A stretch of DNA of 64,000 bases, taken from the NCBI GenBank assembly GCA_963827275.1, contig CAWHAA010000004.1, positions 352,001-416,000 of the forward strand. Direction: 5' to 3'. Position 1 is the first letter of the stretch. Every line of letters begins with the position of its first letter. Under the pieces are notes generated by a model. That model made no database searches, was not told the origin of the DNA, and was given only the letters and a program-made list of their open reading frames with translations. Below, piece after piece: positions 21,826 through 32,904 of the stretch. The DNA comes from an uncultured Spirochaetota bacterium (GTDB lineage Bacteria > Spirochaetota > UBA4802 > UBA5550). A program made the position numbers and the translations under genes.

Positions 21826-22641
21826 ATGAAAAAGAACATGCTCATACTCATGGCCTCGCTCTCCCTTTCGCTGGCGGCGGCGCTCTTCCTGCTTCTCGAT
21901 GATTCCGGCGCCTTTTCACGGAGCACGATGGTCTGGCTGCACAAGGACAGGGAGACCAGGTCGCGCCTCCTGGCCATCCCCATCCTGCTCTACCATAATA
22001 TAGACGGCAAGGGCCCCTTCTCCATCGACGCCGATGTCCTGCGACAGCACTTTCAGCTTATCAGGGAGCGCGGGATACGGGTCATTCCCCTGCGCGAGCT
22101 GGTCGGGCGGCTTGAGCATCCAGCGCCGTACAGGGACCGGGTGATCGTGATCACCTTCGATGACGGGTACGGATCGATGCATTCAAAGCTGCTGCCGCTG
22201 GTGCGTGAGTTCGGGTACCCGGTGACCCTTTTCGTTTATGCAGACATAGTATCGACCAGGTCCAGCAAGAACCTGACCTGGGACCGGGCGCGGGCGATGG
22301 ACCGCCTGGGGATAGACATCCAGGCGCATTCGATATCGCACGCGGACCTTGCGGAGCTGTCCAGGCAAAATGATCCTGAGTCACGGAAGCGCCTGTTCGA
22401 GGAACTCTACCTTGCAAGGAGATTGATGGAATTGCGCATGAATAAGAAGATCGATTTCTACGCTTTTCCCTACGGCAGATACAATCTCGCTGTCGTGGAC
22501 ATGGCACTCAAGGCAGGATACCGGCGGGTATTCTCCACCGACTATGGCTCGAATGTCATAACACGGGATAACTTCTGCCTGCGGCGGCAGCATATTAAAA
22601 GCAGCTATTCGATAGATTATATAGAGACGCTGATCAGATAA
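21826..22641 (+). CDS. Polysaccharide deacetylase (CE4)
   Basis: PILLYH, ITFDDG, HSISH, FAFPYG-like motif; N-terminal anchor. Confidence 0.9.
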   Translation: MKKNMLILMASLSLSLAAALFLLLDDSGAFSRSTMVWLHKDRETRSRLLAIPILLYHNIDGKGPFSIDADVLRQHFQLIRERGIRVIPLRELVGRLEHPAPYRDRVIVITFDDGYGSMHSKLLPLVREFGYPVTLFVYADIVSTRSSKNLTWDRARAMDRLGIDIQAHSISHADLAELSRQNDPESRKRLFEELYLARRLMELRMNKKIDFYAFPYGRYNLAVVDMALKAGYRRVFSTDYGSNVITRDNFCLRRQHIKSSYSIDYIETLIR

Positions 22642-22893
22642 CTGCGAAAAGGGGCGTCTTGTAACGGCGGTCTTTAGCCGTGAATGTTCATTAACACGCG
22701 TAATTGTCGTGAATACAATATACAAGACAAAACATGATTGACGGCCTCATGGTGGTAAATCGATTGTATCGGCGATATTTTTTTATTGACAAATACGTCA
22801 AATGTTGATTAATATTGTCATCTTCGTCTAGTTTGTCTTCTGCATATATAAAAAATAAAAATAGAAAGACGTAATCAAGGAGTGGACGCAGCA

Positions 22894-23622
22894 ATGAGAA
22901 GCATATTCGGCACGGCTATTTTATTATTTTTTTTATGCGGTGCTTCCTTTGCCGAGGAAGTGATACAGGTTGATAACCAGTATGTCCAGGAATATAAAGG
23001 ACGCCTCGGCGCATGGACCGTAGTTGAATCCCAGGCAAAGCTCAATTCTTTGATCAGCAGGTCGGGGATTACCCTGAAAGAGGTGCAGGACCTGAACGGA
23101 GCGACGATCAGCTGGGGTTCCTTTGTGTTTATCCCTTATTCGGAGAAATACATCCAGGAACTGGAAGCCCAGGGGGTCAAACGCGACACCGTGGTGAGCC
23201 AGAAAAATGATTTCATATGGCCCATATCACGCGTGACAAACATCTCGTCCGCGTTCGGACCGCGCAACGGCGGCCTTCATACCGGCACAGACATGCCCGC
23301 CACGAGGGGGATGCTCATCGTCGCCGTCATGGACGGGAGAATACTCTCAACCGGCTGGGCAGGGGGCCTCGGTAAATGCATCCTGATAGAGCACCGCGAT
23401 AACTTTTACACCCGCTACGCGCATTGCGATCAATTGCTGGTGAAGTCTGGCGATTACGTCAAGAAAGGCCAGGTAATCGGCATGGTCGGGAATACGGGCC
23501 ATTCCACCGGCAACCACCTTCATTTTGAGATCAGGTACAATGATATACCGCTTAACCCGCTCGATTTTCTGCCGTTCAAGCAGAACCTGGTCCAGCCGCA
23601 CATGTTCAGGAACTGGAAGTGA
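22894..23622 (+). CDS. M23 family metallopeptidase
   Basis: FIWPI, HTGTD, YAH, STGNHLHFE; signal peptide. Confidence 0.92.
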   Translation: MRSIFGTAILLFFLCGASFAEEVIQVDNQYVQEYKGRLGAWTVVESQAKLNSLISRSGITLKEVQDLNGATISWGSFVFIPYSEKYIQELEAQGVKRDTVVSQKNDFIWPISRVTNISSAFGPRNGGLHTGTDMPATRGMLIVAVMDGRILSTGWAGGLGKCILIEHRDNFYTRYAHCDQLLVKSGDYVKKGQVIGMVGNTGHSTGNHLHFEIRYNDIPLNPLDFLPFKQNLVQPHMFRNWK

Positions 23623-23637
23623 CATGTTCCAAATGGC

Positions 23638-23673
23638 AAAAAAAAGCGGCTTCGAAAAGAGCCGCTTTTTTTT
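23638..23673. terminator. Bidirectional intrinsic terminator
   Basis: A8-GCGGCT-loop-AGCCGC-T8 between convergent genes. Confidence 0.88.
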
Positions 23674-23701
23674 GCTGCAGGGTTAACCGGTTCCGGTCCG
23701 A

Positions 23702-24664
23702 TTATTTTTTTCCGCTTGTGCCCCTGTTGTCGATCCCCTCTTCAATGTTTATGTTGTTTTTTTTCAGGAACCGGGCCGTTTCCGCATCGATGTTGTACAG
23801 CGTATCGATCATCGAGTTTATTTTATCAGGCGTCGGGAAGGTTTTCTTTATGATCTGCTCTTCTTCCGGGGAGCCGTTGTACGCGAGGTTCGTAAGCGTC
23901 CCGATGATGTTTTTAATGTCTTCCTGCGTGTTGCGCAGTATGCACACGACGTTGGGCCCGGACCTGAATCCCCAGTTGAACCCGTCGCTGCAGTTGACGG
24001 TAAAGGTTTCGGTAACGCCGTCTCCGTCCGCGTCCTCTGCGTAGTAAACAGTGCCGCCATCGGGGGTCCGCCCCGATACCGTGGTGGTATACCGCACCTG
24101 CTCGCCGTCGGATATTTTCCTGGGCTGCCGCTTCCGTTCCACCGCGATCTCGGCCTCCCTTCTGTTGACAATCAATGAGAGAAAAATGGCGACATGCCTT
24201 TTCAGGAACTTTTCCCTCACGCTTGCGTAAAATTCCTTGTAGTTGGAGGAGACCCACTCCTTCGTCGTGTTCTTCTGTATCTCGATTTTGCGGTCGGTAA
24301 CGACGATGTAATCGGGAACGGCGTCGATCTTGTTCGTCCAGATATCGGGCAGGGACTGGCCCCCCTTGTCGTATACGGCCTTGTTCATCATTGCCTGCTC
24401 GGCGCTGTCATAGCCGTCCCTGAAGAGATACACCTTCTTGTCCTTTACCACCATCAGTGAGGCCACTGAATTGTCCTGCTGTTCGTCCGAAAACTCGCTG
24501 TGCGGTGTTTCTATGTGCTGGTACATGACGCGGTCATCGTCATACCTGCTTAATTTCGTTATGTTGATCGTCATGTATTCAAGGTCGCGCGAGTAGAGGG
24601 CTGGTTGAATGAAGAAAGACAGGGCAATGATGTATGCCAGCGATCTTCCGATTTTGTGTTTCAT
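23702..24664 (-). CDS. Hypothetical exported protein
   Basis: 320 aa, signal peptide, GGAGG RBS, one DADGDG (DxDxDG) Ca-binding-like loop. Confidence 0.75.
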   Translation of the reverse strand: MKHKIGRSLAYIIALSFFIQPALYSRDLEYMTINITKLSRYDDDRVMYQHIETPHSEFSDEQQDNSVASLMVVKDKKVYLFRDGYDSAEQAMMNKAVYDKGGQSLPDIWTNKIDAVPDYIVVTDRKIEIQKNTTKEWVSSNYKEFYASVREKFLKRHVAIFLSLIVNRREAEIAVERKRQPRKISDGEQVRYTTTVSGRTPDGGTVYYAEDADGDGVTETFTVNCSDGFNWGFRSGPNVVCILRNTQEDIKNIIGTLTNLAYNGSPEEEQIIKKTFPTPDKINSMIDTLYNIDAETARFLKKNNINIEEGIDNRGTSGKK

Positions 24665-24724
24665 TGAAGTTCCTCCGTGAGTGGGATGGGACAGAAGGGC
24701 GTCCCGCCAGTATGTACCGCTGGA

Positions 24725-24761
24725 AGGATAGCAGTTATCGGCAATTTGTCAAATGTTTTTC
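24725..24761 (-). promoter_or_regulatory. Candidate promoter of the 23702-24664 gene (overlapping sigma70-like and sigma28-like elements)
   Basis: Minus strand TTGACA-N16-TATCCT with a TG extension; the spacer contains GCCGATAA (sigma28 -10 consensus) with GAAA 15 nt upstream. Confidence 0.45.
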
Positions 24762-26028
24762 ACGGCTCGTCGTTTTTGTCCCTCTGTTTTCTTTCTTTCC
24801 GCCAGCGGGCCTTGTCGAGCTTGGTCCAGCTCTCCACCGCGTGCCGGGACAGCGCTTTTTCCTTTTCGGAGCGGGTCGGGGGCGGCGCTTTCGGCTTTTT
24901 TTTGACATGCCTGAGCCGCGCGCGGAGCTCCTCCTGTTCCTTGGCGGTAAGCGAGTACTCGGATCGGATGAATTCGCCGGCGAGCCGGGAGGCATCGGCG
25001 TTCGCGCGGAGCGAATCCGCAAGCATGAGCAGCTTCTTCCGGTTGACGAGGTTTCTGAGCAGCCGGTCCGGTATCACGGATTCATGGCAGCAGGCGCCGA
25101 TCGCGCCGGCCAGGGCGGCGAGCGGGGCGGTTGACCCGCCCTGGGCCACCGCGTGAAAGAGCAGGGTGGCGCCGTCCCCGTGGAACGCGCAGATCGCCAG
25201 GGCGAAGGGGAGCAGGGCCCCGGGGAGGCCGACCGTGGCCCGCGTGACCGGCGTTGCGAGCCCCCTGTTGACATGCGCGCAGATCGTGCGCTCGGCGTCC
25301 TCGAACGATCCGGCGCCGGCCATTCCCGCCAGCAGGCCGGCAAGGCCGCGCAGCTCCCCGGCCAGAGGACCCGGATTGATGCCATGCCCGAACAGGCCGG
25401 CAGAATTCGCTTCGACGTCTCCGGCGAGCGCGCCGGCGGTTTCAACGGACACCGGCAGGAGGGCGGCGGGTGACGCGCTGCGTTCGATGAGAACCGGGAG
25501 GAGGGACGCGAGAAACAGGCTCATGGCCATGGTGGCGGGATCAAGGGTGAAGAGGCGTATGACCGGAATGATATCCGCCATCAGCTCCCCCGGGGCTTTG
25601 TTCCTGAGCCCCAGCACCGCCATGGCGGGAAGGATCCTGGCCGTGGGGGATAGCGCCGGTCCCGTGAGGGGGGTGCCGGCGTTTACCCGCTCAATAAAGC
25701 TTCTTTCCACTGCGTCAGGGTTGCGGAAGATGCCGTACCCGCTCCCGCCGATGGCGGCGGCGCAGTGCCTGAGGAATTCGTCCCTGCAGGGGCCCCGGTG
25801 TAAGCCGGCCAGGGCGCAGATGAGCATGAATTGCGATATCGAGGAATAGAGCCCCGGCTTGCGCCATCGGTCCATCTTTCCTTTCAGGGCCGGTTCCGGA
25901 TCGATATAATCGTCGATTGTCCTGAAGTGCGTGCGTATATGCCCCTTGCCGAGGCCGTCGACCGGGGTCCCGAGCGCGTCCCCGACCAGGGCGGCGAGGA
26001 TTATGTTTCGGCTGCTTCTGTCCATCAT
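24760..26028 (-). CDS. ADP-ribosylglycohydrolase-fold protein, catalytic residues degenerate
   Basis: LVGDALGTPVD N-terminal motif and terminal LAALAGAIGA helix; TDDT and DxDT positions replaced. Confidence 0.75.
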   Translation of the reverse strand: MMDRSSRNIILAALVGDALGTPVDGLGKGHIRTHFRTIDDYIDPEPALKGKMDRWRKPGLYSSISQFMLICALAGLHRGPCRDEFLRHCAAAIGGSGYGIFRNPDAVERSFIERVNAGTPLTGPALSPTARILPAMAVLGLRNKAPGELMADIIPVIRLFTLDPATMAMSLFLASLLPVLIERSASPAALLPVSVETAGALAGDVEANSAGLFGHGINPGPLAGELRGLAGLLAGMAGAGSFEDAERTICAHVNRGLATPVTRATVGLPGALLPFALAICAFHGDGATLLFHAVAQGGSTAPLAALAGAIGACCHESVIPDRLLRNLVNRKKLLMLADSLRANADASRLAGEFIRSEYSLTAKEQEELRARLRHVKKKPKAPPPTRSEKEKALSRHAVESWTKLDKARWRKERKQRDKNDEP

Positions 26029-26236
26029 GTGTCGGAAAATGCGCCATAACGGGTTCAATAGATCGCGAACTGGCGCAATTAATATGTATAAGCCGCGCCG
26101 TGCTCCTAAATTTCAAATAATATTTTTTAATTTTGTTGTATTATCGTCCGTTTTATATGTATATTCAGACTGTTGTATGCCGGCCCGCGTAGTACCCGCG
26201 CTGGATGTCGCATGTAAAAGAGGAGGTATGGTGACG

Positions 26237-27322
26237 ATGAAGAAGTTAATCCTGGTAGTGATTGCGGTAATGGTGTTTCCGTTCGGCTGTACCCGCGAGA
26301 CAGTTGACGAGTATTCGATGATTACGTTCATGATCGGCAATGTCACGAAAAACGGCGGGCAGGCCCGGATTGGGGATATATTAAAGGAAAAGGACGTCAT
26401 TAAGACCGGGAAGGACTCGTTCTGCGATGTCAAGATCGGGGATTCTCTCATCAGGGTAAAGCAGATGACAAACGTTGTCCTCTCCGTCCTTGTCAGGAGC
26501 GGCAACCTGGACAATACGACACTCGACATGGATTCCGGAAAGATGCTCTGCAAGCCGAAAAAGCTCATCAAGTCAGAGACCTTTTTCATAAAGACGCCGA
26601 CCGCGGTCGCCGGTGTGCGCGGGACCCAGTTCACAGTGGAGGCGGACACGAAAGGCACGTCGCGCATAAAGGTGTTCGAGGGCAGCGTGAAGGTCGCCAA
26701 GAGGGTCAAGCAGCTTGACGCGAACACCCTGGAGGTGTTGAGCTACGCTCCCGAGGTCATCAAAGAAGAGAAGGTGGTCATTACCAGAGATGATGCGGCA
26801 CAGGCCGAGCAGGCCGTGCGGCGGATAATGAAGACCGAATCAGCGGGAGGACGGCAGGCCTCTATCGAAGCGGTCATAAAAAAAGCCGGGAAGGACGTGA
26901 CGGTGAACAGGAAGAACGTTGAAAAGTTCGCCGTCAAGGATTTTGAGAAAGATAACAAAGAGATCATAGAGGTGAAGAAGAGGCCTGACGCGGTCATCAG
27001 GGAGATCGGCAGGATACTGGATGAAGAGAAGGCCGCGCCGAAGCCGAACGGGCGTCTCCTGGTCACGCAGTATGAAGTGTACCTGATCATGAACGGCACC
27101 ATCGCGTGGGAGGGCCAGGTCGTTGAGGAGCCGGTGCGGCAGGGCGACAGGCTCTACGTTGCCTCGGGCGACTTCGTCTTCTGCGCGTCCGCTGACGGTC
27201 CGGTGATCTGGAAGCAGCAGGTCGCCAATGACGGAAGGCTCGAACTGCGGGAAAATGCGCTCGTTGTTTCCGGGCAGGAAGGGGAGACGAAGCTGAACCT
27301 CAGGACCGGTCGAAAGCTGTAA
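26237..27322 (+). CDS. FecR-domain lipoprotein
   Basis: Lipobox FPFGC; IKTG.DS.CD, IKTPTAVAGVRGTQF, V.EGSV; AGGAGG RBS. Confidence 0.82.
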   Translation: MKKLILVVIAVMVFPFGCTRETVDEYSMITFMIGNVTKNGGQARIGDILKEKDVIKTGKDSFCDVKIGDSLIRVKQMTNVVLSVLVRSGNLDNTTLDMDSGKMLCKPKKLIKSETFFIKTPTAVAGVRGTQFTVEADTKGTSRIKVFEGSVKVAKRVKQLDANTLEVLSYAPEVIKEEKVVITRDDAAQAEQAVRRIMKTESAGGRQASIEAVIKKAGKDVTVNRKNVEKFAVKDFEKDNKEIIEVKKRPDAVIREIGRILDEEKAAPKPNGRLLVTQYEVYLIMNGTIAWEGQVVEEPVRQGDRLYVASGDFVFCASADGPVIWKQQVANDGRLELRENALVVSGQEGETKLNLRTGRKL

Positions 27323-27368
27323 CACGAATAACGCGCGGCCTCCCGGCCGCGCGTCGCCACGCTTGTGT

Positions 27369-28475
27369 TCATCCCGCAATTTCAATGATCGACAGGACCG
27401 TCATGGTCCCGTTGACCAGATCGCGCACCATGACGTACTCCTTCGTGCTGTGGACGTTCCGCATGCCGGCCGACAGGTTGATCGCGCTGATGCCCGCCCT
27501 GTTCAGTATGTTCGTGTCGCTGCCCCCGCCGGAGACCTCGAAGCTGGGGAGATGCCGACGCGCTCCATCGCGTCCGAGGCGATGCGCGCGATCCTGTCCT
27601 CGCGCCTGATCGAGAAGCCCGAGTATTCGAGAGTGCGCTTGATGGAGCAGCGGGCGCCCCATTTCGCCGCGGTCTTTCTTCGCGGTGTCACGGATCTGCG
27701 CTTCCTGCGCCTCCATCTTCCGGCGGTCCAGCGACCTGACTTCGAGCACGCAGGCGGCCTGTTCCGCCACAATGTTGGTAGCGCGCCCGCCGGAGATGGT
27801 GCCCACGTTCGCGGTCGTCTCCCTGTCGATGCGCCCGTTCGGGATCCGCGTGATCAGGTCGGCAGAGGACATTGATCGCGTTGATGCCGCGCTCCGGCTC
27901 CATGCCGGCGTGGGCCGCCCTGCCCCTGACCGAGATGGTCATGGTCGCGTGGTAGGGGGCGCGGAGTATGATCTTCCCCACCGGCCCGTCGCTGTCGAAC
28001 ACGAACCCCTGCTTCGATTTCAGAAGCGATGTGTCGAACTCCCGCATCCCCCGGAGCCCCACTTCCTCGGCGCAGGACAGCAGCAGCTCCACCGGGCCGT
28101 GGGGCATGCCGGTTTCGGCGATGTGCCGCAGCGCTTCAATGAACATGGCGATGGCCGCCTTGTCGTCGCTTCCCAGTATCGTTGTGCCGTCGGCGGTGAT
28201 CTTCGTCGGCGTCACGACCGGCCGTACGTTCTCGCACGGCGTCACCGTGTCCATGTGCGCGGAAAAGAGGACGGGCCTTCCTTTTCTGCTCTCCCTTCAG
28301 AGTGATGAGCAGATTGTTCGATTCGCCGCAGGGCACTTTCCTGGTGGTGACCCCGGGGAGCGCAACAGCGCGGAGGATATAATCGAGAACTTCCGTCTTC
28401 TTTCCATGACGGCGATGATATTTTCGCCATGTCGGTAAAGGTTCTGACCAGTCGTTTCGTGTTGATTCGGTACAT
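27369..28475 (-). CDS. M20 family peptidase (tripeptidase T-like), several frameshifts
   Basis: Fragments in different frames: RLVRTF..SPS, HMDTV, ILGSDDKA, EEVG, GRAAHAG.EPE.GINAI, GGGSDTN, VHSTKE. Confidence 0.85.
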
Positions 28476-28491
28476 TGCCGGGACCTCGTCT

Positions 28492-30992
28492 CTACAAGCC
28501 GCTCATGAATTTTCGTATCTTGGCGCTGTATTCCTCGATGATGGCGTCGCGCGCCTCGGTTGAATCCCCGTCCCCGTACAGGTGGAGCGCGGGTGGGACG
28601 CATCGGGGAGCACCAGCACCCAGGCATGCTCCTCGTTTATCCGATGCCGTCAATCACTTCAACATTTTTTTGGCGGCGTCCTCGGAAAGCGTCCGCATGA
28701 CCGCGGCCTTTTCGTCGGTGGTGCAGTATATGGAGGTGTGGAGATGTTCCCCTTCGGGAGGCGTCGGCTTTATCTCGTGCAGCGAGGCGTTTTCCAGGGT
28801 CGAGGAATTCAAGCAGCCGGAGGAAGACGATCATGGGATCGTACCGGAGCTCCAGGAAAGGGAATGCTTCCCCGTGGCCGTCCAGGAAAATATCGCGTCA
28901 CGCCTCCGGGCGCCCGGAGGGCGGTGCTCGGTGCGCGCTCCATCCTGCCGCCGCCGTCCCGTGATCATCCGCTCGAGGGTCATGGAGGCGTCACGGGCAC
29001 GTTTATGATCCGGTCTCGTTCCGGTGTTTCAGGTGGTAGCGGCAGAGGATCGCGATGATGTCCTCGTCGGTGAGGATCTGCCCCGTCTCGTCCACCACGA
29101 TGATGTGGTTGCTGTGCGGGCCCACGATCACGCCGATCTCGCGGTTCATCCGCGACATCTTCGTGATGTTTTCTATTGCGTCGCGGGTGTCGGATTTCGT
29201 CTCTTCCTCGCTCGTGAATTCCCTGATCTGCCCGCGCAGGACCATCGTCTCGCAGCCGTAATCAGTCAGGAGCTCCGGGAAGCACGCGCGAGGCGGTCCC
29301 GTTGAAGCAGTCCGCGATGACCTTGCGCCTGTTTCCCGCCGGGAGGGCCCCGCGCAGGTAATGTCGCGCGTTCTGTATGTAGGATTCCACGTGATGGCTC
29401 GGGTAGACGAGCTTGCCGGTGTCGAAGGCCTCCTTGCTCGGGTAAGTCGCCGCGGAAGAAGATGTTTTCGATCTTTTTCTCGTCACCCAGCGATACCTGG
29501 AAGCCGTGCCGGTCGAAGAGCCGTATCTGGATGAACTGGAGTTCGGTGAGCGGCGCTATCTGGATGTAGGCGCCCATGTCGGCGTTCAGGAATCTGGTGC
29601 GTATAGCGGTTCACCGGCACGGACTCGATTTCCATGTCGTACACGTCGACGCCCATGGAGAGGAGCCCGGCGGTGAAGGCGCGCATGATGAGGCGCGCCG
29701 CCGATCGTGGTGTCGCGGCTCACGGTGATCTTTGCGTTCCTGCCGAGGAATGCGCCGATGGCCGCGCCGAGCTTCGAGGCGAATTCCGGGGTGATCTTGA
29801 CGTTGAAGGTGCCGACGATGCCCTCTGCGCCGAAGAGCGTCTTCTTCTCGCGCTGGCCCCATACGATGTCCTCGGAGAGCTTCGTCCCCTGCTCGATGTA
29901 CTTGTCGGGCCATATCCGGATGCCGCTCGCGATCTCCACTCCCTCCGCCGATGCGGCAGTCGTCGCTGATCACGCAGCCTTCGTAGACCGCCACGTGCTG
30001 CTCCAGGACGCAGCGCTTCCCGATCACGGCGCCGCGGAGCTCGCATCCGGGGGCCGATGACGGTGTTGTGGAGTATGATCGACTTTGCGGACTGACGCGT
30101 TCTCCTCGACCACGCAGTTGTCCCCGACCACCGATGACTCGGAGATTTCAGCCCCCTCCTTGATCTTCACGAAGTCGCCGATTATCACCGGTCCCCTGAT
30201 GACCGCGCCGGGATGGATCTCCACGTCCCTGCCGACCCATATGTCAGGGGCTATTTTTTTTCCGGGGAATTCGATGCCGACCCTGCCCCCGAGGATGTCG
30301 TTGTGGACGTCGGTGTAGGCGGAGAGGGTGCCGATATCGCACCAGTATCCGTCGGCAATGTAGCCGTACAGTGGAATGCCGATCCCCTGGAGACGGGGGA
30401 AGAGGTCAAGGGAAAAATCGTACTTCGTTTCATCCGGCACATGCTCGTGGATGACGGCGGCATCCACGATATACAGCCCCGTGTTGGCCGTGTCGCTGAA
30501 CACTTCGCTCCACGACGGCTTTTCAAGGAAACGCTCGATCCGGCCGTCCTCCGCGGTGATGACGATCCCGTATTCGGTGGGCGTGCTCACCCTCTTTAAA
30601 ACAATGGTAAACACTGACCCGGTGCGTTTATTGAATGCGAGGATGTCCGCGAGGTTGAAATCGATGATCCCGTCGCCGGACAGCACCAGCACCGTACCGG
30701 AAAAATCGCCGATCGCTTTTTCGACGCCGCCGGCGGTGCCGAGCGGCGTCTCTTCCAGGGAATAGGATATCGAGACGCCCCATTCCGAGCCGTCGCCGAA
30801 GTAGTTCTGTATATTTTCCGGCAGGTAGTAGAGGCTGATGACGATGTCTCTGATGCCGTGGCGTTTCAGAAGATTTATGGTATGCTCAAGCACCGGCTTG
30901 TTGATGACCGGGACCATCGGCTTTGACCGGTTACAGGTGAGCGGCCTGAGCCGCGTGCCTTCCCCTCCCGCCATGATGACCGCTTTGACCAT
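28492..30992 (-). CDS. Mannose-1-phosphate guanylyltransferase / phosphomannomutase fusion, several frameshifts
   Basis: KAVIMAGGEGTRLRPLT..KPM, hexapeptide region, LFGAEGIVG..N..ITPEFA PGM/PMM domain, C-terminal LHLY...; 3' half garbled. Confidence 0.85.
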
Positions 30993-31186
30993 TAACCCGC
31001 TCCTCGTCAGTGTAGTGCCGCGTATTGGAACCGGAAGCCGGAAAGACCGTGACATGTTCATGCAAAGGACGCCCTGACAGGGACGCACGGTTTGTGCAGG
31101 ACGCAACGCCTGGAGAAATTAGTCTGTCAGGTTGATACGGAATGTCAACCAGATTCTTACGCTGAAAACGCGCGGAACGGGGGACC

Positions 31187-31702
31187 TCAGTACCGGTATA
31201 CCACCCTGCCTATCACGGCATCGCCCGGTATCGCACCGAGGGCCCGGCTGTCAAATCCGCCGTCAAGGGTATCGCTCAGCACGAAATAGCTGTTCCTGGC
31301 CATTTTCACGGCCGGCATGTTGTCCCTGAAGGTAACATTCATCGGGAACACCCGGCTGTCAGCGGACCTCGTTTTCCAGGGGAAATTGAACCTGCTGTTG
31401 TTGACGAGGAACGCCTTGTTCCTGATCTCCACCGTGTCGCCTTCCGCGGCGGCGATCCTCTTGATGAGCACGCGCCCCGGCTCAGCCGGGCTCTCGAGCA
31501 GGACGATATCGCCCCGCTTCGGCGTGATGTGCTTGAGGATTATCACCCGGTCTCCCGCTTTCAGGTTCGGCTCCATGGAGGAGTCCGCGACCCGGAAGGG
31601 CATGAAGAAGAGGCGGCAGACAAGGAAGCCAGCGATGATGCCGCCGGCCGCGGAGAGTATCTTGATGAGTATGCCCGTCCCCTGTTGTTCCTTCTGGTAC
31701 AT
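31187..31702 (-). CDS. lepB: Signal peptidase I
   Basis: SMEPNL (catalytic Ser), IKRI (catalytic Lys), DSR; GGAG RBS before ATG 31702. Confidence 0.88.
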   Translation of the reverse strand: MYQKEQQGTGILIKILSAAGGIIAGFLVCRLFFMPFRVADSSMEPNLKAGDRVIILKHITPKRGDIVLLESPAEPGRVLIKRIAAAEGDTVEIRNKAFLVNNSRFNFPWKTRSADSRVFPMNVTFRDNMPAVKMARNSYFVLSDTLDGGFDSRALGAIPGDAVIGRVVYRY

Positions 31703-32092
31703 GTCTGCTCCCGGTGCGAGTGGTGGTGTGAATATGGATAACGATAACGGCGCCGTGAAATAAATCAATACAAAATCAGGAGAGGATTATGTCATGATAC
31801 ATAATGCAACATGGTCACCGGCAGTACTATATCCCAAGAATGCACTCCCTTATACATTAATTTCTTGACAAGTATGCCAAAATTATATTATTTATTATTC
31901 AAATAGCTGATTATTTTTACTATTCATAACAGGATAGTACATCCGATTTTTTATGGCCGTACCGGCTCCATACTTTATATTTTATACTAAATTTTAACTA
32001 TATTAGTACCGATTATTAATCAAGTAACGCTGTGGTGTACTTATCTAAATGATATTATACTAAAGAGAATATCAGTTTCAAAGGAGTGAGCG

Positions 32093-32857
32093 ATGAAAAG
32101 GATTACCAGGTTAAGTACATTGTCGTTAGCAATCGGTATAATGATGTTGTTTTTCGGCAGTGGAACAATAAATTTGAAGGCCCAGCAGGATTCTAAGGCC
32201 CAGGGTGAGAAAAAGCAGAGGCAGGACGGGTTAGTCGTTGACTGGATTAATGATTTTGAGGACTGCGAAGACTGGCGGGCGGTTTCAACCTGCCCGATCG
32301 GGGATACCAAGACGCGGAAGATCCCCGGCAAGCCCAGGCCGGTAAACGACCAGGGCCAGTCGGTAAACGAGGATGGACAGCCGGGCGAGTTCCAGAACGA
32401 AATAACCGATGAAAACGGGATATCCCATAAGAACGAAAATGTCCTGGGCATCAAGACGTATTTCATCGACCGGGGCTTCGACCGGGTCGAGGCGTTCCCC
32501 CCGAACGAATATATCATCAGGGGAAAGGCCCGCGAGATGAAGTTCTGGGCGCTCGGAAGGAAGTTCAGGCACACCCTTTTCGTCAAGCTCAGGGACTACA
32601 AGGGGCACATCCACAAGCTGAAAGTGGGCCGGCTCGATTTCTGGGGCTGGAGGGAGATGTCCGTTATAATTCCCGGCTGGCTCCCCCAGTCGGCAAGTTA
32701 TGCCCTCCTCGACAAGAACCTGCATTTCGTTTCGTTTTTCGTCGAGAGCGACCTGTATGAGATACCCGGTACATTTTATACCTACATCGACCAGTTCAGG
32801 GTCGTCACCGATCTCTCCGAGTTTACCGGCGACGAGACCATCAAGGACACCTGGTAG
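32093..32857 (+). CDS. flaA: Flagellar filament outer-layer (sheath) protein FlaA, first paralog
   Basis: Signal peptide, DFEDCEDW, VLGIKT.F, FWALGR, LDFWGWREM, YIDQF. Confidence 0.85.
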   Translation: MKRITRLSTLSLAIGIMMLFFGSGTINLKAQQDSKAQGEKKQRQDGLVVDWINDFEDCEDWRAVSTCPIGDTKTRKIPGKPRPVNDQGQSVNEDGQPGEFQNEITDENGISHKNENVLGIKTYFIDRGFDRVEAFPPNEYIIRGKAREMKFWALGRKFRHTLFVKLRDYKGHIHKLKVGRLDFWGWREMSVIIPGWLPQSASYALLDKNLHFVSFFVESDLYEIPGTFYTYIDQFRVVTDLSEFTGDETIKDTW

Positions 32858-32904
32858 AATTTAACGTTAGGATATGCGAGATAGGCTGAGAAGGGAGGCT
32901 TTTA

